A DNA stretch of 64,000 nt from Bacteroidota bacterium (GTDB lineage: Bacteria; Bacteroidota; Bacteroidia; Bacteroidales; PUMT01), in contig PWHJ01000089.1 in assembly GCA_003554865.1 (NCBI GenBank), forward strand, positions 12,450-76,449. Direction: 5' to 3'. The notes under the pieces were generated by a model. It saw only the letters and a program-made list of their open reading frames with translations, ran no database searches and had not been told where the DNA came from. A program made the translations under genes and the position numbers. Positions 21,033 to 32,266 of the stretch are shown piece after piece. The number at the start of each line of letters is the position of its first letter. Position 1 is the stretch's first letter.

Positions 21033-21458
21033 ATGGGATCAAAAAAACAACAAAAGGCACAGAGGATTAAAGAAGAGAAGAAGAACAAGTATTTTGCGGT
21101 GCTTCGAAATTGTCCGACATCACCCCGGAAAATGAGACTCGTCGCCGATATGGTTAGAGGAGCCCAGGTAAACACAGCCCTTGATATATTGAGGTACACC
21201 CCAAAGGATGCGGCAAGAAGACTTGAAAAGTTGCTTTTGTCGGCTATATCAAACTGGCAAAATAAAAATGAGGGTGTCAGGCTGGAAGATACAAACCTTG
21301 TGGTAAAGGAAATATATGTTGATCAGGCAAGAACATTGAAAAGAATAAGGCCTGCGGCTATGGGCAGAGCAAACAGGATACGAAAACGCTCCAATCATGT
21401 AACTCTGGTTCTTGACAGTGAAAAACAAATGGAGGAAGAAACAAATACAAATCAATAA
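21033..21458 (+). CDS. rplV: 50S ribosomal protein L22 (Bacteroidota-type basic N-terminal extension)
   Basis: TSPRKMRLVADMVRG...RIRPAAMGRANRIRKRSNH. Confidence 0.97.
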   Translation: MGSKKQQKAQRIKEEKKNKYFAVLRNCPTSPRKMRLVADMVRGAQVNTALDILRYTPKDAARRLEKLLLSAISNWQNKNEGVRLEDTNLVVKEIYVDQARTLKRIRPAAMGRANRIRKRSNHVTLVLDSEKQMEEETNTNQ

Positions 21459-21461
21459 CAG

Positions 21462-22172
21462 ATGGGACAAAAAGTTAATCCGATAAGCAACAGACTTGGA
21501 ATCATAAAAGGGTGGGATTCTAATTGGTATGGCGGTAACGAGTACTCAGGAAAGCTTGTTGAAGATGTGAAGATTAGAGAATACTTGCATGCCAGGTTGG
21601 CCAAAGCAAGTATTTCAAAAATAATAATCGAGCGTACGCTTAAACTTATAACTGTAACCGTCAACACTGCAAGACCGGGGATAATTATAGGAAAAGGCGG
21701 ACAAGAGGTTGACAAGCTGAAAGAAGAATTAAAGAAGCTTACCCAAAAGGATGTTCAGATTAATATATTTGAAGTAAAACGTCCCGAGCTTGATGCAACA
21801 ATTGTTGCCAACAATATTTCACGTCAGATAGAGGGGCAGATTTCATTCAGGCGTGCAATTAAAATGGCAATTGCCTCAACAATGAGGATGGGAGCAGAGG
21901 GCATTAAGGTGCAGATCAGCGGCAGGCTTGGTGGAGCTGAAATGGCTCGCACGGAGACATACAAGGAGGGAAGGATACCCCTGCATACCCTCAGAGCTGA
22001 TATAGATTACGCATTGGGAGAAGCACTGACCAAAACAGGGCTGATAGGTATAAAAGTATGGGTATGCAATGGTGAAATTTTCGGAAAGCGCGACCTTTCC
22101 CCAAATATTGGAACATCGAATGTGCCTGCGGGTGATAAAGGAAAACCCGGATTCAAAAAGAAAAAGAAATAA
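21462..22172 (+). CDS. rpsC: 30S ribosomal protein S3
   Basis: [14 protein letters not shown]...KH domain...[10 protein letters not shown]. Confidence 0.99.
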   Translation: MGQKVNPISNRLGIIKGWDSNWYGGNEYSGKLVEDVKIREYLHARLAKASISKIIIERTLKLITVTVNTARPGIIIGKGGQEVDKLKEELKKLTQKDVQINIFEVKRPELDATIVANNISRQIEGQISFRRAIKMAIASTMRMGAEGIKVQISGRLGGAEMARTETYKEGRIPLHTLRADIDYALGEALTKTGLIGIKVWVCNGEIFGKRDLSPNIGTSNVPAGDKGKPGFKKKKK

Positions 22173-22187
22173 TATAATATTGGAACA

Positions 22188-22613
22188 ATGTTACAGCCAA
22201 AGAAAACAAAATACAGAAAACGGCAGAAAGGCAGAATGAAAGGTAATGCTCAGAGGGGAAACCAGCTGGCATTTGGATCTTTCGGAATCAAAGCACTGCA
22301 AGAGGCATGGATAACAGGTCGTCAGATTGAAGCTGCCCGCCAGGCCGTTACTCGTTATATGAAAAGGGAAGGAAAAATTTGGATACGGATTTTTCCCGAT
22401 AAACCAATAACAAAAAAACCGGCAGAGGTGCGTATGGGAAAAGGAAAGGGGGCACCGGAAGCCTTTGTTGCACCTGTAACTCCGGGCCGGATCATAATGG
22501 AAGCTGAGGGAGTTCCAATTGAAGTGGCGCAGGAAGCACTCAGACTCGCATCCCAGAAGCTGCCCGTAACAACAAAATTTATTGTAAGACGTGATTACTA
22601 CGAAACAGTTTAG
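22188..22613 (+). CDS. rplP: 50S ribosomal protein L16
   Basis: [19 protein letters not shown]...[10 protein letters not shown]. Confidence 0.99.
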   Translation: MLQPKKTKYRKRQKGRMKGNAQRGNQLAFGSFGIKALQEAWITGRQIEAARQAVTRYMKREGKIWIRIFPDKPITKKPAEVRMGKGKGAPEAFVAPVTPGRIIMEAEGVPIEVAQEALRLASQKLPVTTKFIVRRDYYETV

Positions 22614-22616
22614 GAT

Positions 22617-22823
22617 ATGAAGACATCTGAGATACATGAATTTACTACCAAAGAAATTGAGGAAAGAATAGATACCGAAAAGAGCTTTCTTGCAAAGCTT
22701 AAAATGAACCATGCGGTTTCTCCTCTGGACAACCCTTCGAAGATAAGGGCAACAAAGAGAAATATTGCAAGGCTGAAAACTATTCTTCGCCAGAGGATGG
22801 AAAACGAGAATAAGAACAGTTAA
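22617..22823 (+). CDS. rpmC: 50S ribosomal protein L29
   Basis: 68 aa, helical. Sits between rplP and rpsQ. Confidence 0.93.
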   Translation: MKTSEIHEFTTKEIEERIDTEKSFLAKLKMNHAVSPLDNPSKIRATKRNIARLKTILRQRMENENKNS

Positions 22824-22825
22824 AG

Positions 22826-23083
22826 ATGGAAAATAGAAATTTAAGAAAAGAACGTACCGGTGTGGTGGTTGGCAATAAAATGAATAAATCAATTGTAGTT
22901 GCCGTTGATCGCAGGATTAAGCATCCGGTTTACAAGAAGTTTATCAAGCGCACCACCAAATTAATGGCTCATGACGAGCAAAATAGTTGCAATGTTGGAG
23001 ATTCCGTAAAAATTATGGAAACCCGTCCTTTAAGCAAAAATAAGTGCTGGAGGTTATTAGAAATCCTTGAAAGAGCTAAGTAA
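22826..23083 (+). CDS. rpsQ: 30S ribosomal protein S17
   Basis: [19 protein letters not shown]...HPVYKKF...HDE. Confidence 0.97.
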   Translation: MENRNLRKERTGVVVGNKMNKSIVVAVDRRIKHPVYKKFIKRTTKLMAHDEQNSCNVGDSVKIMETRPLSKNKCWRLLEILERAK

Positions 23084-23085
23084 AA

Positions 23086-23451
23086 ATGATACAACAGGAA
23101 AGCAGATTATCAGTTGCCGATAACAGCGGAGCCAAAGAAGTGCTCTGTATAAGGGTCCTTGGGGGGACAGGCAAACGTTATGCTTCTGTGGGAGACAAAA
23201 TTATGGTTACAGTTAAAAGTGCCATTTCCTCAGGAGAAATTAAAAAAGGCACCGTTACACCGGCGTTGGTGGTTAGAACTAAGAAGGAGATAGGAAGAAG
23301 TGATGGATCATATATACGTTTTGACGACAATGCTGTTGTTCTACTGAACAATATCGGGGAGATGAGGGGAACCCGAATATTTGGTCCCATACCCCGGGAA
23401 TTGAGAGAGAGGTACATGAAGGTTGTTTCATTGGCACCTGAAGTTTTATAA
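23086..23451 (+). CDS. rplN: 50S ribosomal protein L14
   Basis: [27 protein letters not shown]. Confidence 0.99.
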   Translation: MIQQESRLSVADNSGAKEVLCIRVLGGTGKRYASVGDKIMVTVKSAISSGEIKKGTVTPALVVRTKKEIGRSDGSYIRFDDNAVVLLNNIGEMRGTRIFGPIPRELRERYMKVVSLAPEVL

Positions 23452-23467
23452 ATAAAAAAACAGACTG

Positions 23468-23791
23468 ATGGCAAAAAAGTTACATATAAAAAAGGGTGAC
23501 AACGTTTACGTTATTTCAGGTGAGTCTAAGGGACAGCAGGGGAGAGTGCTGGAGGTATTCACCAAAAGCGGAAAAGCAATTGTTGAAGGGGTAAATATTG
23601 TATCAAAGCATACAAAACCAAGTGCAAAAAACCGCCAGGGCGGCATAATGAAAAAAGAAGCCCCTGTTAATATTACAAACTTAATGCTTGTTGACCCTTC
23701 AACCGGAAAGCCCACAAGAATTGGAAGAAAACTAGACGATAATAATAAGCTGGTACGTTATTCAAAAAAATCAGGGGAGGAGATTAAATAA
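23468..23791 (+). CDS. rplX: 50S ribosomal protein L24
   Basis: [21 protein letters not shown] (KOW motif). Confidence 0.97.
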   Translation: MAKKLHIKKGDNVYVISGESKGQQGRVLEVFTKSGKAIVEGVNIVSKHTKPSAKNRQGGIMKKEAPVNITNLMLVDPSTGKPTRIGRKLDDNNKLVRYSKKSGEEIK

Positions 23792-24348
23792 TGGATTACA
23801 AGCCTTTACTTAAACAAAGATATTTCGAGGAAATAATACCGGCATTAAAAAAGGAGTTCAATTACAAAAGCGTAATGGAAGTGCCCAGGTTAAAGAAGAT
23901 TGTAATTAATCAGGGAGTAGGGCAGGCTGTTGCCGACAAAAAGGTGATAGAGACTGCAGAAAAGGAATTGACTAACATTGCCGGGCAAAAAGCTGTACAG
24001 ACCTTATCTAAAAAAGATATTTCAAATTTTAAGCTTCGCCGTAATACACCAATTGGTGTCAGGGTAACTTTACGTCGTGACCGCATGTATGAGTTCATGG
24101 ACCGCCTTATAGCCGCGGCAATACCGCGTATCCGCGATTTCAGGGGTATACCCAACAAAATGGACGGGCGTGGCAACTATACTTTAGGGATCAACGAACA
24201 AATAATATTTCCCGAGGTGGATATTGATAAAGTCAATAAAATCATTGGAATGGAAATAACTTTTGTAACCACCGCCAAAACGGATGAAGAAGGATATGCC
24301 CTGCTCCGTGAGTTTGGATTACCATTTAAGCAATTAAAAAAGAGTTAA
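23791..24348 (+). CDS. rplE: 50S ribosomal protein L5
   Basis: 185 aa. [26 protein letters not shown]. Confidence 0.98.
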   Translation: MDYKPLLKQRYFEEIIPALKKEFNYKSVMEVPRLKKIVINQGVGQAVADKKVIETAEKELTNIAGQKAVQTLSKKDISNFKLRRNTPIGVRVTLRRDRMYEFMDRLIAAAIPRIRDFRGIPNKMDGRGNYTLGINEQIIFPEVDIDKVNKIIGMEITFVTTAKTDEEGYALLREFGLPFKQLKKS

Positions 24349-24350
24349 AT

Positions 24351-24620
24351 ATGGCAAAAGAATCACTTAAAGCAAGAGAAATCAAAAGGCGTAAGCTGGT
24401 GGAGCGTTATGCGGAAAAGCGTGCAAGGCTTAAAGCAGAAGGGGATTATGTTGGTTTGAGCAGGCTGCCAAAGAACAGCAACCCTACACGTTTGCACAAC
24501 CGTTGCAAATTAACCGGCAGGCCAAAAGGATATATACGCCAGTTTGGAGTTAGCAGAATTACTTTCAGGGAAATGGCATCAAAAGGGCTGATACCGGGAG
24601 TAAAAAAGGCAAGTTGGTAA
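24351..24620 (+). CDS. rpsN: 30S ribosomal protein S14 (long, non-zinc form)
   Basis: 89 aa. [25 protein letters not shown]. Confidence 0.97.
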   Translation: MAKESLKAREIKRRKLVERYAEKRARLKAEGDYVGLSRLPKNSNPTRLHNRCKLTGRPKGYIRQFGVSRITFREMASKGLIPGVKKASW

Positions 24621-24648
24621 TAATTTAACTATTAAATAATTAACTGAG

Positions 24649-25044
24649 ATGACAGACCCGATAGCAGATTATCTTACGCGTATTAGGAACGCAGTGATGG
24701 CCGGACATAAAGTTGTAGAAGTACCTGCTTCTAATATAAAAAAAGATATAACGAAGATTCTTTATGAAAAGGGTTATATCCTGAATTATAAATTCGAGGA
24801 TGACAACTTGCAGGGGATAATAAAGATTGCATTGAAGTATCATCCTGAAACGAGAGAGCCTGTTATTAAATCGTTGAAGCGTGTAAGCAGGCCGGGATTA
24901 CGCCAGTATTGTGACAAAAAACAATTGCCCAGAGTTTTGAACGGGTTGGGCATAGCTGTAATATCCACTTCTCAGGGTGTGATGTCAGATAAAGAAGCCC
25001 GTGCCAATAACATTGGCGGGGAAGTATTGTGTTATGTACATTAA
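24649..25044 (+). CDS. rpsH: 30S ribosomal protein S8
   Basis: [15 protein letters not shown]...GGEVLCYV. Confidence 0.98.
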   Translation: MTDPIADYLTRIRNAVMAGHKVVEVPASNIKKDITKILYEKGYILNYKFEDDNLQGIIKIALKYHPETREPVIKSLKRVSRPGLRQYCDKKQLPRVLNGLGIAVISTSQGVMSDKEARANNIGGEVLCYVH

Positions 25045-25058
25045 ACAGTAAGAATAAA

Positions 25059-25610
25059 ATGTCAAGAATAGGAGTTTTGCCTGTAAAAGTACCTGAAAAG
25101 GTAACAGTTTCGGTCGAAGGGGAACAGGTTGTTGTTAAAGGCCCTCTTGGAGAACTTTCGCAAAACATTGCCCCCGATGTAACTGTTAAAGTTGAAGACG
25201 ATAAAGTTGTGCTGGAACGTAAAAATGATTCCAAGGAGACCAAATCAAAGCACGGACTCTACAGGGCTTTGATAAATAATATGGTGCAGGGTGTTTCTGA
25301 GGGTTTTACCCTTCAGCAGGAACTTGTTGGAGTGGGTTATCGTGCAGAGGCGAAAGGTCAGATACTGGAACTGAGTCTCGGATACTCTCATGATATTCAT
25401 TTTGAGATACCTGAAGAAGTGAAAGTTGAAACAAAAACAGAGCGCCGAAAAAATCCAATCATAACCCTGACCAGTCCAAATAAGCAACTTTTGGGTCAGG
25501 TTGCGGCAAAGATACGTTCCCTGAGACCACCGGAGCCGTACAAAGGAAAAGGAATCAAGTTTGTCGGCGAACATATAGCAAAGAAAGCCGGCAAATCAGC
25601 AAGTGTTTAA
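25059..25610 (+). CDS. rplF: 50S ribosomal protein L6
   Basis: MSRIGVLPVKVPEKV from ATG 25059. The longer ORF-track start at 25029 overlaps rpsH and is unlikely to be used. Confidence 0.96.
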   Translation: MSRIGVLPVKVPEKVTVSVEGEQVVVKGPLGELSQNIAPDVTVKVEDDKVVLERKNDSKETKSKHGLYRALINNMVQGVSEGFTLQQELVGVGYRAEAKGQILELSLGYSHDIHFEIPEEVKVETKTERRKNPIITLTSPNKQLLGQVAAKIRSLRPPEPYKGKGIKFVGEHIAKKAGKSASV

Positions 25611-25634
25611 TTTTAAGTAAATTATTTTGAAATT

Positions 25635-25994
25635 ATGGCTTTAACAAAGCGAGACAGAAGGAAACGTATTAAACAAAGGATCCGGAAGCGTTTGTCCGGT
25701 ACAGCCGAAAAGCCCCGCATGAGCGTTTTCAGGAGCAACCGCGGCATATATGTGCAAGTGATCGACGATCTGACCGGAGCAACGCTGGCGAGTGCGTCTT
25801 ATCTTGAAAAAGACATTTACGGGCAAAAAGATATAAGTAAAACGGAACAGGCGAAATTGGTAGGCAAGTCGATTGCAAAAAAATCACAGGAGAAAAATAT
25901 TAACCAAGTGGTTTTCGATAGAAACGGATATCTTTATCATGGCAGGGTGAAAGCGTTAGCTGATGCTGCCAGGGAAGAAGGATTAAAATTTTAA
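25635..25994 (+). CDS. rplR: 50S ribosomal protein L18
   Basis: [31 protein letters not shown]...[24 protein letters not shown]. Confidence 0.98.
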   Translation: MALTKRDRRKRIKQRIRKRLSGTAEKPRMSVFRSNRGIYVQVIDDLTGATLASASYLEKDIYGQKDISKTEQAKLVGKSIAKKSQEKNINQVVFDRNGYLYHGRVKALADAAREEGLKF

Positions 25995-26003
25995 TTTTAA
26001 ATT

Positions 26004-26516
26004 ATGTCAACGATCAGAAAAGTTAAAACCAGCGACCTGGAGCTTAAAGAAAGGGTTGTAAGTATAAAAAGGGTTACGAAGGTTACCAAAGGGGGAAGAA
26101 CTTTCAGCTTCTCAGCTATTGTAGTTGTCGGAAATGAAGATGGTATAGTCGGTTACGGACTTGGTAAAGCGGGTGAGGTAACAACCGCTATTGGCAAAGG
26201 AATGGAAGATGCAAAGAAAAACCTTATCAGAGTACCTATTAATAAGGGAACAATACCACATCAGAAGGTGGCCAAGTACAGCGGTGCCAGGGTTTTCCTT
26301 AAGCCGGCATCCCACGGAACCGGAGTAGTTGCAGGCGGAGCTATGCGTGCGGTGCTTGAGAGTGTTGGTATTACTGATGTTCTTGCTAAATCAAAGGGAT
26401 CATCTAACCCTCACAACCTGGTAAAAGCAACTTTTGCCGCATTAACTGATATGAGAGATGCCGGCACAATAGCCGAATTGAGGGGTATCTCCATTGACAG
26501 GGTATTTAACGGATAA
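26004..26516 (+). CDS. rpsE: 30S ribosomal protein S5
   Basis: [30 protein letters not shown]... Confidence 0.98.
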   Translation: MSTIRKVKTSDLELKERVVSIKRVTKVTKGGRTFSFSAIVVVGNEDGIVGYGLGKAGEVTTAIGKGMEDAKKNLIRVPINKGTIPHQKVAKYSGARVFLKPASHGTGVVAGGAMRAVLESVGITDVLAKSKGSSNPHNLVKATFAALTDMRDAGTIAELRGISIDRVFNG

Positions 26517-26529
26517 AAATTTACTAATT

Positions 26530-26709
26530 ATGGCCAGGATCAAATATAGGCAGGTGAAAAGCAGAATAGGAAGTACAAAACGTCAAAAGCAGACACTGGA
26601 AGCTTTGGGGCTGAAAAAAATTAACAGCAGTTCGGAAGCGGAAGCTACACCTCAGATTATGGGTATGCTTGAGAAGGTTAAACACTTGGTAAAAATTGAA
26701 AAAGAATAA
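26530..26709 (+). CDS. rpmD: 50S ribosomal protein L30
   Basis: MARIKYRQVKSRIGSTKRQKQTLEALGL from ATG 26530. The longer ORF-track start overlaps rpsE. Confidence 0.93.
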   Translation: MARIKYRQVKSRIGSTKRQKQTLEALGLKKINSSSEAEATPQIMGMLEKVKHLVKIEKE

Positions 26710-26731
26710 CAATAAATAAGATATTTTTATT

Positions 26732-27178
26732 ATGGATTTAAGCAATTTGAAACCCGCTACAGGTTCGGTTAAGAAACCAAGAAGACTTGGCAGGGGAGAA
26801 GGTTCCGGCCGCGGAGGAACTTCAACCAGAGGACATAAAGGAGCAAAATCCAGGTCGGGATACAAAACCCGGTTAGGATTTGAAGGCGGACAGATGCCAC
26901 TGCAAAAGCGTGTGCCAAAATACGGTTTTAAAAATATAAACCGCAAGGAATATAGGTGTGTAAATATTGAATCATTGCAGTCTCTGGCAGACAATAAAGG
27001 GGTTTCCTCAATAGAACCTCAGACTATGATTGAATCGGGTCTGGTTTCAAAGAATTCACTTGTTAAAATTCTAGGTAACGGGACATTATCAGCAAAGCTT
27101 GAAGTCCATGCACACGCATTTTCGAAGTCTGCTAAAGAGGCGATTGAATCCGCAGGTGGAAAAGCAGTAAAGCTTTAG
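26732..27178 (+). CDS. rplO: 50S ribosomal protein L15
   Basis: GRGEGSGRGGTSTRGHKGAKSRSG. Confidence 0.98.
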   Translation: MDLSNLKPATGSVKKPRRLGRGEGSGRGGTSTRGHKGAKSRSGYKTRLGFEGGQMPLQKRVPKYGFKNINRKEYRCVNIESLQSLADNKGVSSIEPQTMIESGLVSKNSLVKILGNGTLSAKLEVHAHAFSKSAKEAIESAGGKAVKL

Positions 27179-27182
27179 TTTT

Positions 27183-28523
27183 ATGAGAACATTAATAGAG
27201 ACTATAAAGAATATATTCAAGATTGAAGATCTTCGCTCGAGGATATTGTATACCCTTGGCATTCTTATGATATACCGGATATGCACGGTTGTTGTTTTGC
27301 CAGGCATAGATCCTCAGCAGCTGGATCAATTGCAGGCACAAACACAGGAGGGGATACTTGGTCTTCTTGATATGTTTTCAGGGGGAGCTTTCGCAAATGC
27401 CTCTATAGTTGCTTTGGGTATTATGCCTTATATATCCGCATCAATTGTGGTACAGCTTCTCGGTATAGCTGTTCCTTATTTCCAGAAATTGCAAAGGGAA
27501 GGAGAGAGCGGAAGAAGAAAAATCAATCAGATCACACGTTATCTCACTGTAATTATACTTGTATTCCAGTCACCAGCCTACCTGAGGAATTTGCAGGTCC
27601 AGCTCCCCGAGGAGGCGTTTGCTTTGGAGGGTCCGTTCTGGTGGCTTTCCTCAATAATTATTCTTACCTCGGGAACAATGTTCATTATGTGGCTCGGAGA
27701 AAGAATTACCGAAAAAGGCATAGGCAACGGCATTTCGCTCTTAATTATGGTGGGCATTATTGCAAGATTGCCCTTTGCATTGTTTGCCGAGTTTTTTGCA
27801 AAACTGGAACAACAACAGGGTGGCGGACTTATTTTCTTCGTTGTTGAAATGGTTGTCCTCTTTCTTGTATTCATGGGTGTGATACTTCTGGTTCAGGGGA
27901 CAAGAAGAATTCCGGTTCAGTATGCAAAAAGGATAGTGGGGAACAAACAATACGGAGGAGTCAGGCAGTATATACCTCTTAAGGTAAATTCAGCCGGTGT
28001 TATGCCTATTATTTTTGCACAGGCACTGATGTTTATACCCATGACTCTTGCCGGATTTGCTGAGAGTGAGGCAATGTCAGGATTTGCAGCAGCATTTTCA
28101 GATTTTACAGGATTCTGGTATAATTTTACCTTTGCAATATTGATAATTTTATTTACTTATTTTTATACTGCTGTTACTATCAACCCAACACAAATGGCAG
28201 AAGACATGAAGCGCAACGGAGGTTTCATCCCCGGAGTTAAACCCGGGAAAAAGACCGTAGAGTTTCTTGACACTGTTATGTCAAGAATAACCCTGCCAGG
28301 ATCAATTTGCCTTGCCATAGTTGCAATTATGCCTGCATTTGCAATGATGGCCGGTGTAAATGCTCAATGGGCGCAGTTTTACGGGGGGACCTCTCTTCTT
28401 ATACTTGTTGGTGTTACCCTTGATACACTGCAGCAGATCGAAAGCCATTTGTTAATGAGGCATTATGACGGACTTATGAAGTCCGGCCGGATTAAAGGCC
28501 GTGCAGGTGGCGGTGTAATATAA
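27183..28523 (+). CDS. secY: Preprotein translocase subunit SecY
   Basis: 446 aa, ten hydrophobic segments. LGIMPYISASIVVQLL, and its position after rplO. Confidence 0.98.
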   Translation: MRTLIETIKNIFKIEDLRSRILYTLGILMIYRICTVVVLPGIDPQQLDQLQAQTQEGILGLLDMFSGGAFANASIVALGIMPYISASIVVQLLGIAVPYFQKLQREGESGRRKINQITRYLTVIILVFQSPAYLRNLQVQLPEEAFALEGPFWWLSSIIILTSGTMFIMWLGERITEKGIGNGISLLIMVGIIARLPFALFAEFFAKLEQQQGGGLIFFVVEMVVLFLVFMGVILLVQGTRRIPVQYAKRIVGNKQYGGVRQYIPLKVNSAGVMPIIFAQALMFIPMTLAGFAESEAMSGFAAAFSDFTGFWYNFTFAILIILFTYFYTAVTINPTQMAEDMKRNGGFIPGVKPGKKTVEFLDTVMSRITLPGSICLAIVAIMPAFAMMAGVNAQWAQFYGGTSLLILVGVTLDTLQQIESHLLMRHYDGLMKSGRIKGRAGGGVI

Positions 28524-28544
28524 ACAGATAATTAACGTTCTTTG

Positions 28545-29354
28545 ATGTTGGTGGTTAAAAATGAAGAAGAAATTGAAAAGCTGCGCCTGTCAAATTTGCT
28601 GGTGTCAAAAACCTTAGCAGAGCTGGCTAAGCACATAGAACCAGGCGTAACAACATTGAAGCTTGACAGAATAGCAGAAGAGTATATTCGTGATCATGGA
28701 GCCCAGCCCGGCTTTAAAGGTTACGACGGATTTCCAAATACCCTTTGCACATCGGTCAACAGTGAAGTTGTGCACGGAATTCCCTCAGAGCGTAACCTGG
28801 AAAATGGGGATGTGGTTTCAATTGATTGCGGAGTAATATTGGACGGTTATTATGGCGATACCGCCTACACTTTTTCTGTTGGTCAGGTTAACGAAGAGGT
28901 AAGGAAACTTCTTAAAACCACCTATGAGTCACTTATTAAAGGGATTGAAAACGCGGTTGAAGGAAATAGAGTTGGCGATATCGGAAACGCAGTTCAAACG
29001 CATTCTGAAAATTCCGGTTTTTCGGTAGTCCGTGAGCTGGTCGGACATGGAATTGGAAGGAAGCTTCATGAAAAACCCGAAGTGCCAAATTACGGGAAAA
29101 GAGGAAGAGGGGTGAAATTGAAAAGCGGTTTTGTAATTTGCATTGAGCCGATGATCAATTTAGGAAGAAGAAATATAACTCAAGACCCTGACGGCTGGAC
29201 AATCAGAACCCGCGACGGTAAAGTTTCTGCTCATTATGAGCTTGCACTGGTAGTACAGAGAGAAAAAGCTGATATTTTATCTACATTTGAATATATTGAG
29301 CAAGTACTTAAAACTAAAAAAGAGGAACTGCCATGGCAAAACAGCCGCCTATAG
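28545..29354 (+). CDS. map: Type I methionyl aminopeptidase
   Basis: Metal ligand pattern VSIDCG...GDTAYT...VGHGIG...EPM. Confidence 0.96.
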   Translation: MLVVKNEEEIEKLRLSNLLVSKTLAELAKHIEPGVTTLKLDRIAEEYIRDHGAQPGFKGYDGFPNTLCTSVNSEVVHGIPSERNLENGDVVSIDCGVILDGYYGDTAYTFSVGQVNEEVRKLLKTTYESLIKGIENAVEGNRVGDIGNAVQTHSENSGFSVVRELVGHGIGRKLHEKPEVPNYGKRGRGVKLKSGFVICIEPMINLGRRNITQDPDGWTIRTRDGKVSAHYELALVVQREKADILSTFEYIEQVLKTKKEELPWQNSRL

Positions 29355-29551
29355 AGCAAGACGGTACAATAGTTGAAGCTTTGTCAAATGCAATGTTCAA
29401 GGTTGAGCTTGAAAACGGGCATACTATAATAGCCCATATATCGGGTAAAATGCGTATGCACTATATTAAAATTCTTCCGGGTGATAAAGTGAAAGTGGAA
29501 ATGTCTCCGTATGATCTTTCAAAGGGGAGAATTTGCTACAGGTATAAATAG
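29333..29551 (+). CDS. infA: Translation initiation factor IF-1
   Basis: 72 aa. [58 protein letters not shown]. The start overlaps the map 3' end by 22 nt. Confidence 0.97.
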   Translation: MAKQPPIEQDGTIVEALSNAMFKVELENGHTIIAHISGKMRMHYIKILPGDKVKVEMSPYDLSKGRICYRYK

Positions 29552-29681
29552 TTTTTTAACACCGGCAAAAGCCATGGCAATATAATACTGACCGCTATAA
29601 AGGTCATTTTAGCTGAGAACTATACAATGTGTATAAGTACAATAAAATAAGAAAATTTTTAACTAATTATAATTTGCAGAG

Positions 29682-29798
29682 ATGAAGGTAAGAGCATCAG
29701 TAAAAAAAAGAAGCGCTCAGTGTAAAATTGTACGCCGCAAGGGGCGCCTTTATGTTATTAACAAAAAGAATCCCAGGTATAAGCAGCGCCAGGGGTAA
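29682..29798 (+). CDS. rpmJ: 50S ribosomal protein L36 (Cys-poor, zinc-independent form)
   Basis: Not in the ORF track because it is under 60 aa. Manual translation gives [38 protein letters not shown] (38 aa plus TAA). Confidence 0.93.
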   Translation: MKVRASVKKRSAQCKIVRRKGRLYVINKKNPRYKQRQG

Positions 29799-29828
29799 CA
29801 ATATTTTTAAAACCTTAAGATTTAGAAT

Positions 29829-30206
29829 ATGGCTAGAATAGTTGGAGTAGATCTTCCAAAAAACAAAAGAGGAGATGTGGGTTTAACCTATATTTACGGA
29901 GTAGGTCACACCACTGCAAGAAAGATACTCGAGGCTGCCGGAATAGACGGAAGCATAAAAGTAAAAGATTGGGATGACAAGCAGTTATCTGAGATCAGAA
30001 CTATTGTAAATGAACAGTATAAGGTCGAAGGTGAATTGAGATCGATGATGCAAATGAATATCAAGCGGCTGATGGACATTGGTTGTTATCGTGGTATTCG
30101 CCACCGTTCCGGAATGCCGGTTCGCGGCCAGAGTACTAAAAACAATGCCAGAACCCGGAAAGGAAGAAAAAAGACTGTTGCAAACAAAAAGAAGGCAACC
30201 AAATAA
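29829..30206 (+). CDS. rpsM: 30S ribosomal protein S13
   Basis: [14 protein letters not shown]...[13 protein letters not shown]. Confidence 0.98.
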   Translation: MARIVGVDLPKNKRGDVGLTYIYGVGHTTARKILEAAGIDGSIKVKDWDDKQLSEIRTIVNEQYKVEGELRSMMQMNIKRLMDIGCYRGIRHRSGMPVRGQSTKNNARTRKGRKKTVANKKKATK

Positions 30207-30224
30207 TTTTAACTTTAATTTATT

Positions 30225-30614
30225 ATGGCAAAAAAGGTAAGGAAAACAAGAAAGAAAGTAGTAAAGATTGAACCGGTAGGCCAGGCTCATATTCAGGCGT
30301 CTTTTAATAATATAATAATAACAATGACCAATAATAACGGTCAAACAATAACCTGGGCTTCGGCGGGAAAAATGGGATTCAAGGGTTCAAAAAAGAACAC
30401 TCCTTACGCCGCGCAGGTTGCAGCTGCTGACTGTGCTAAGTTATCCTATGATCTGGGTCTGCGGAAGGTGAAGGTATTTGTCAAGGGTCCGGGTTCAGGA
30501 CGTGAATCGGCTATACGGACAATCCACAATTCCGGCATTGAAGTTACCGAAATTATAGATGTAACTCCGCTGCCTCACAACGGTTGCCGTCCTCCCAAAC
30601 GCAGGAGAGTTTAG
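30225..30614 (+). CDS. rpsK: 30S ribosomal protein S11
   Basis: [17 protein letters not shown]...[16 protein letters not shown]. Confidence 0.98.
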   Translation: MAKKVRKTRKKVVKIEPVGQAHIQASFNNIIITMTNNNGQTITWASAGKMGFKGSKKNTPYAAQVAAADCAKLSYDLGLRKVKVFVKGPGSGRESAIRTIHNSGIEVTEIIDVTPLPHNGCRPPKRRRV

Positions 30615-30654
30615 CAGGATAAAATGATGTTAATTAAAACAATTTATATTTAAA

Positions 30655-31263
30655 ATGGCTAGATACAGAGGTCCAAGAACTAAAATAGCAAGAAAATTCG
30701 GTGAACCCATATTCGGGCCGGATAAGGTGTATGAAAAAAAGAATTATCCGCCCGGTCAGCATGGTATGAACAAGAAGAGGAAAAAAACCTCTGAATACGG
30801 TATGCAGCTGCTGGAAAAACAAAAGGCCAAATATACCTACGGAATGCTGGAGAGGCAATTTTACAATTTTTTCCATAAAGCTTCAGTAGCTAAAGGTATT
30901 ACAGGTGAAGCTCTTTTGCAGTTGCTCGAGTCGCGTCTTGATAATGTAGTATTCAGAATGGGTATAGCTCCTACAAGGGCAGCAGCACGTCAGCTGGTAT
31001 CGCACCGTCATATTGTAGTTAACGACAGTGTGGTCAATATACCCTCTTATATCCTCAAACCCGGTGACCATGTGGGAGTGCGTGAAAAGTCCAAGTCTCT
31101 GGAGGTAATAAACAACTCCCTCTCTGAGAGGAAAAGGAATGCATATTCCTGGATTGAATGGAATCAGGAGAAATATACAGGCAGGTTTCTGAATGTGCCT
31201 GAGCGATCAGAAATTCCTGAGAATATTAAGGAGCAATTGATTGTAGAATTGTACTCAAAATAA
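30655..31263 (+). CDS. rpsD: 30S ribosomal protein S4
   Basis: [21 protein letters not shown]...S4 RNA-binding domain. Confidence 0.98.
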   Translation: MARYRGPRTKIARKFGEPIFGPDKVYEKKNYPPGQHGMNKKRKKTSEYGMQLLEKQKAKYTYGMLERQFYNFFHKASVAKGITGEALLQLLESRLDNVVFRMGIAPTRAAARQLVSHRHIVVNDSVVNIPSYILKPGDHVGVREKSKSLEVINNSLSERKRNAYSWIEWNQEKYTGRFLNVPERSEIPENIKEQLIVELYSK

Positions 31264-31270
31264 AACAGTA

Positions 31271-32263
31271 ATGGCAATATTAGCATTCCAAAAACCTGAA
31301 AAGGTTATTATGCTCGATTCAACCGATACTTTCGGTAAGTTTGAGTTCCGCCCCCTTGAGCCCGGGTATGGGATTACTATAGGTAACGCTCTGAGAAGGA
31401 TCCTTCTTTCTTCTCTGGAGGGATATGCTATAACAAACGTAAAAATATCGGGAGTCGAACATGAATTTTCAACAATAACCGGTGTAATTGAAGATGTAAC
31501 GGAAATAATTTTAAATCTTAAGCAGGTCAGATTTAAAAAACAAAGGGAGGATGCCGAGGAAGAAAAAATTTCAGTATCCCTGAATAACCGGCAGGAGTTG
31601 AAAGCCGGGGATCTTGATAATTTTATGAGTGGTTTTTCTGTTTTGAATCCGGATCTTTTAATATGCCGGATGGAGCCCGATGTTAAGCTTGAGATGGAGT
31701 TAACCGTAAATAAAGGTCGCGGTTATGTCCCGTCAGAAGAAAATAAGCCGGCCGATCAGGAATTCGGACTTATTGCCATGGATTCGGTTTTCACCCCAAT
31801 TAAAAATGTTAAATATGATGTTGAAAACTTCAGGGTTGAACAGAGGACCGATTATGAAAAGCTTATTTTGGAAATTCTAACCGACGGCTCAATCCACCCC
31901 AAAGATGCCCTGAAAGAAGCAGCCAAGATATTAATACATCATTTTATGCTGTTTTCCGATGAAAAGATAACCCTTGATACTGAAGAAAAGCTGACAAATG
32001 AAGAGTTTGATGAAGAAGTGCTTCACATGCGTCAATTACTGAAAACAAGGCTGGTTGATCTGGATTTATCGGTAAGGGCTCTGAATTGTTTAAAGGCTGC
32101 TGAAATTGAAACACTGGGCGACTTGGTCCAGTACAATAAAAATGACCTTCTGAAATTCAGAAATTTCGGAAAAAAATCCCTTACAGAGCTTGATCAGCTT
32201 CTTGAATCGATGAACTTGACATTTGGTATGGATATATCCAAATATAAATTAGAGAACGAATAA
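31271..32263 (+). CDS. rpoA: DNA-directed RNA polymerase subunit alpha
   Basis: 330 aa. [14 protein letters not shown], and a C-terminal domain with [22 protein letters not shown]. Confidence 0.98.
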   Translation: MAILAFQKPEKVIMLDSTDTFGKFEFRPLEPGYGITIGNALRRILLSSLEGYAITNVKISGVEHEFSTITGVIEDVTEIILNLKQVRFKKQREDAEEEKISVSLNNRQELKAGDLDNFMSGFSVLNPDLLICRMEPDVKLEMELTVNKGRGYVPSEENKPADQEFGLIAMDSVFTPIKNVKYDVENFRVEQRTDYEKLILEILTDGSIHPKDALKEAAKILIHHFMLFSDEKITLDTEEKLTNEEFDEEVLHMRQLLKTRLVDLDLSVRALNCLKAAEIETLGDLVQYNKNDLLKFRNFGKKSLTELDQLLESMNLTFGMDISKYKLENE

Positions 32264-32266
32264 GAA

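Noticed and set aside
22191-22892. A 233-aa ORF antisense to rplP-rpmC-rpsQ. Many other ORF-track entries of 60-170 aa are antisense or out of frame within ribosomal, EF-G, tkt, bamA and kor genes.
   Set aside because: These are shadow ORFs of highly conserved genes. Their translations are low-complexity and Cys/Phe/Leu-rich with no recognisable motifs, and each overlaps a confidently identified gene on the other strand.
29333-29354. The 22-nt overlap of the map 3' end with the infA start. I considered it a possible frameshift or fusion signal.
   Set aside because: Both proteins are full length with normal termini. A short overlap of this kind fits translational coupling.
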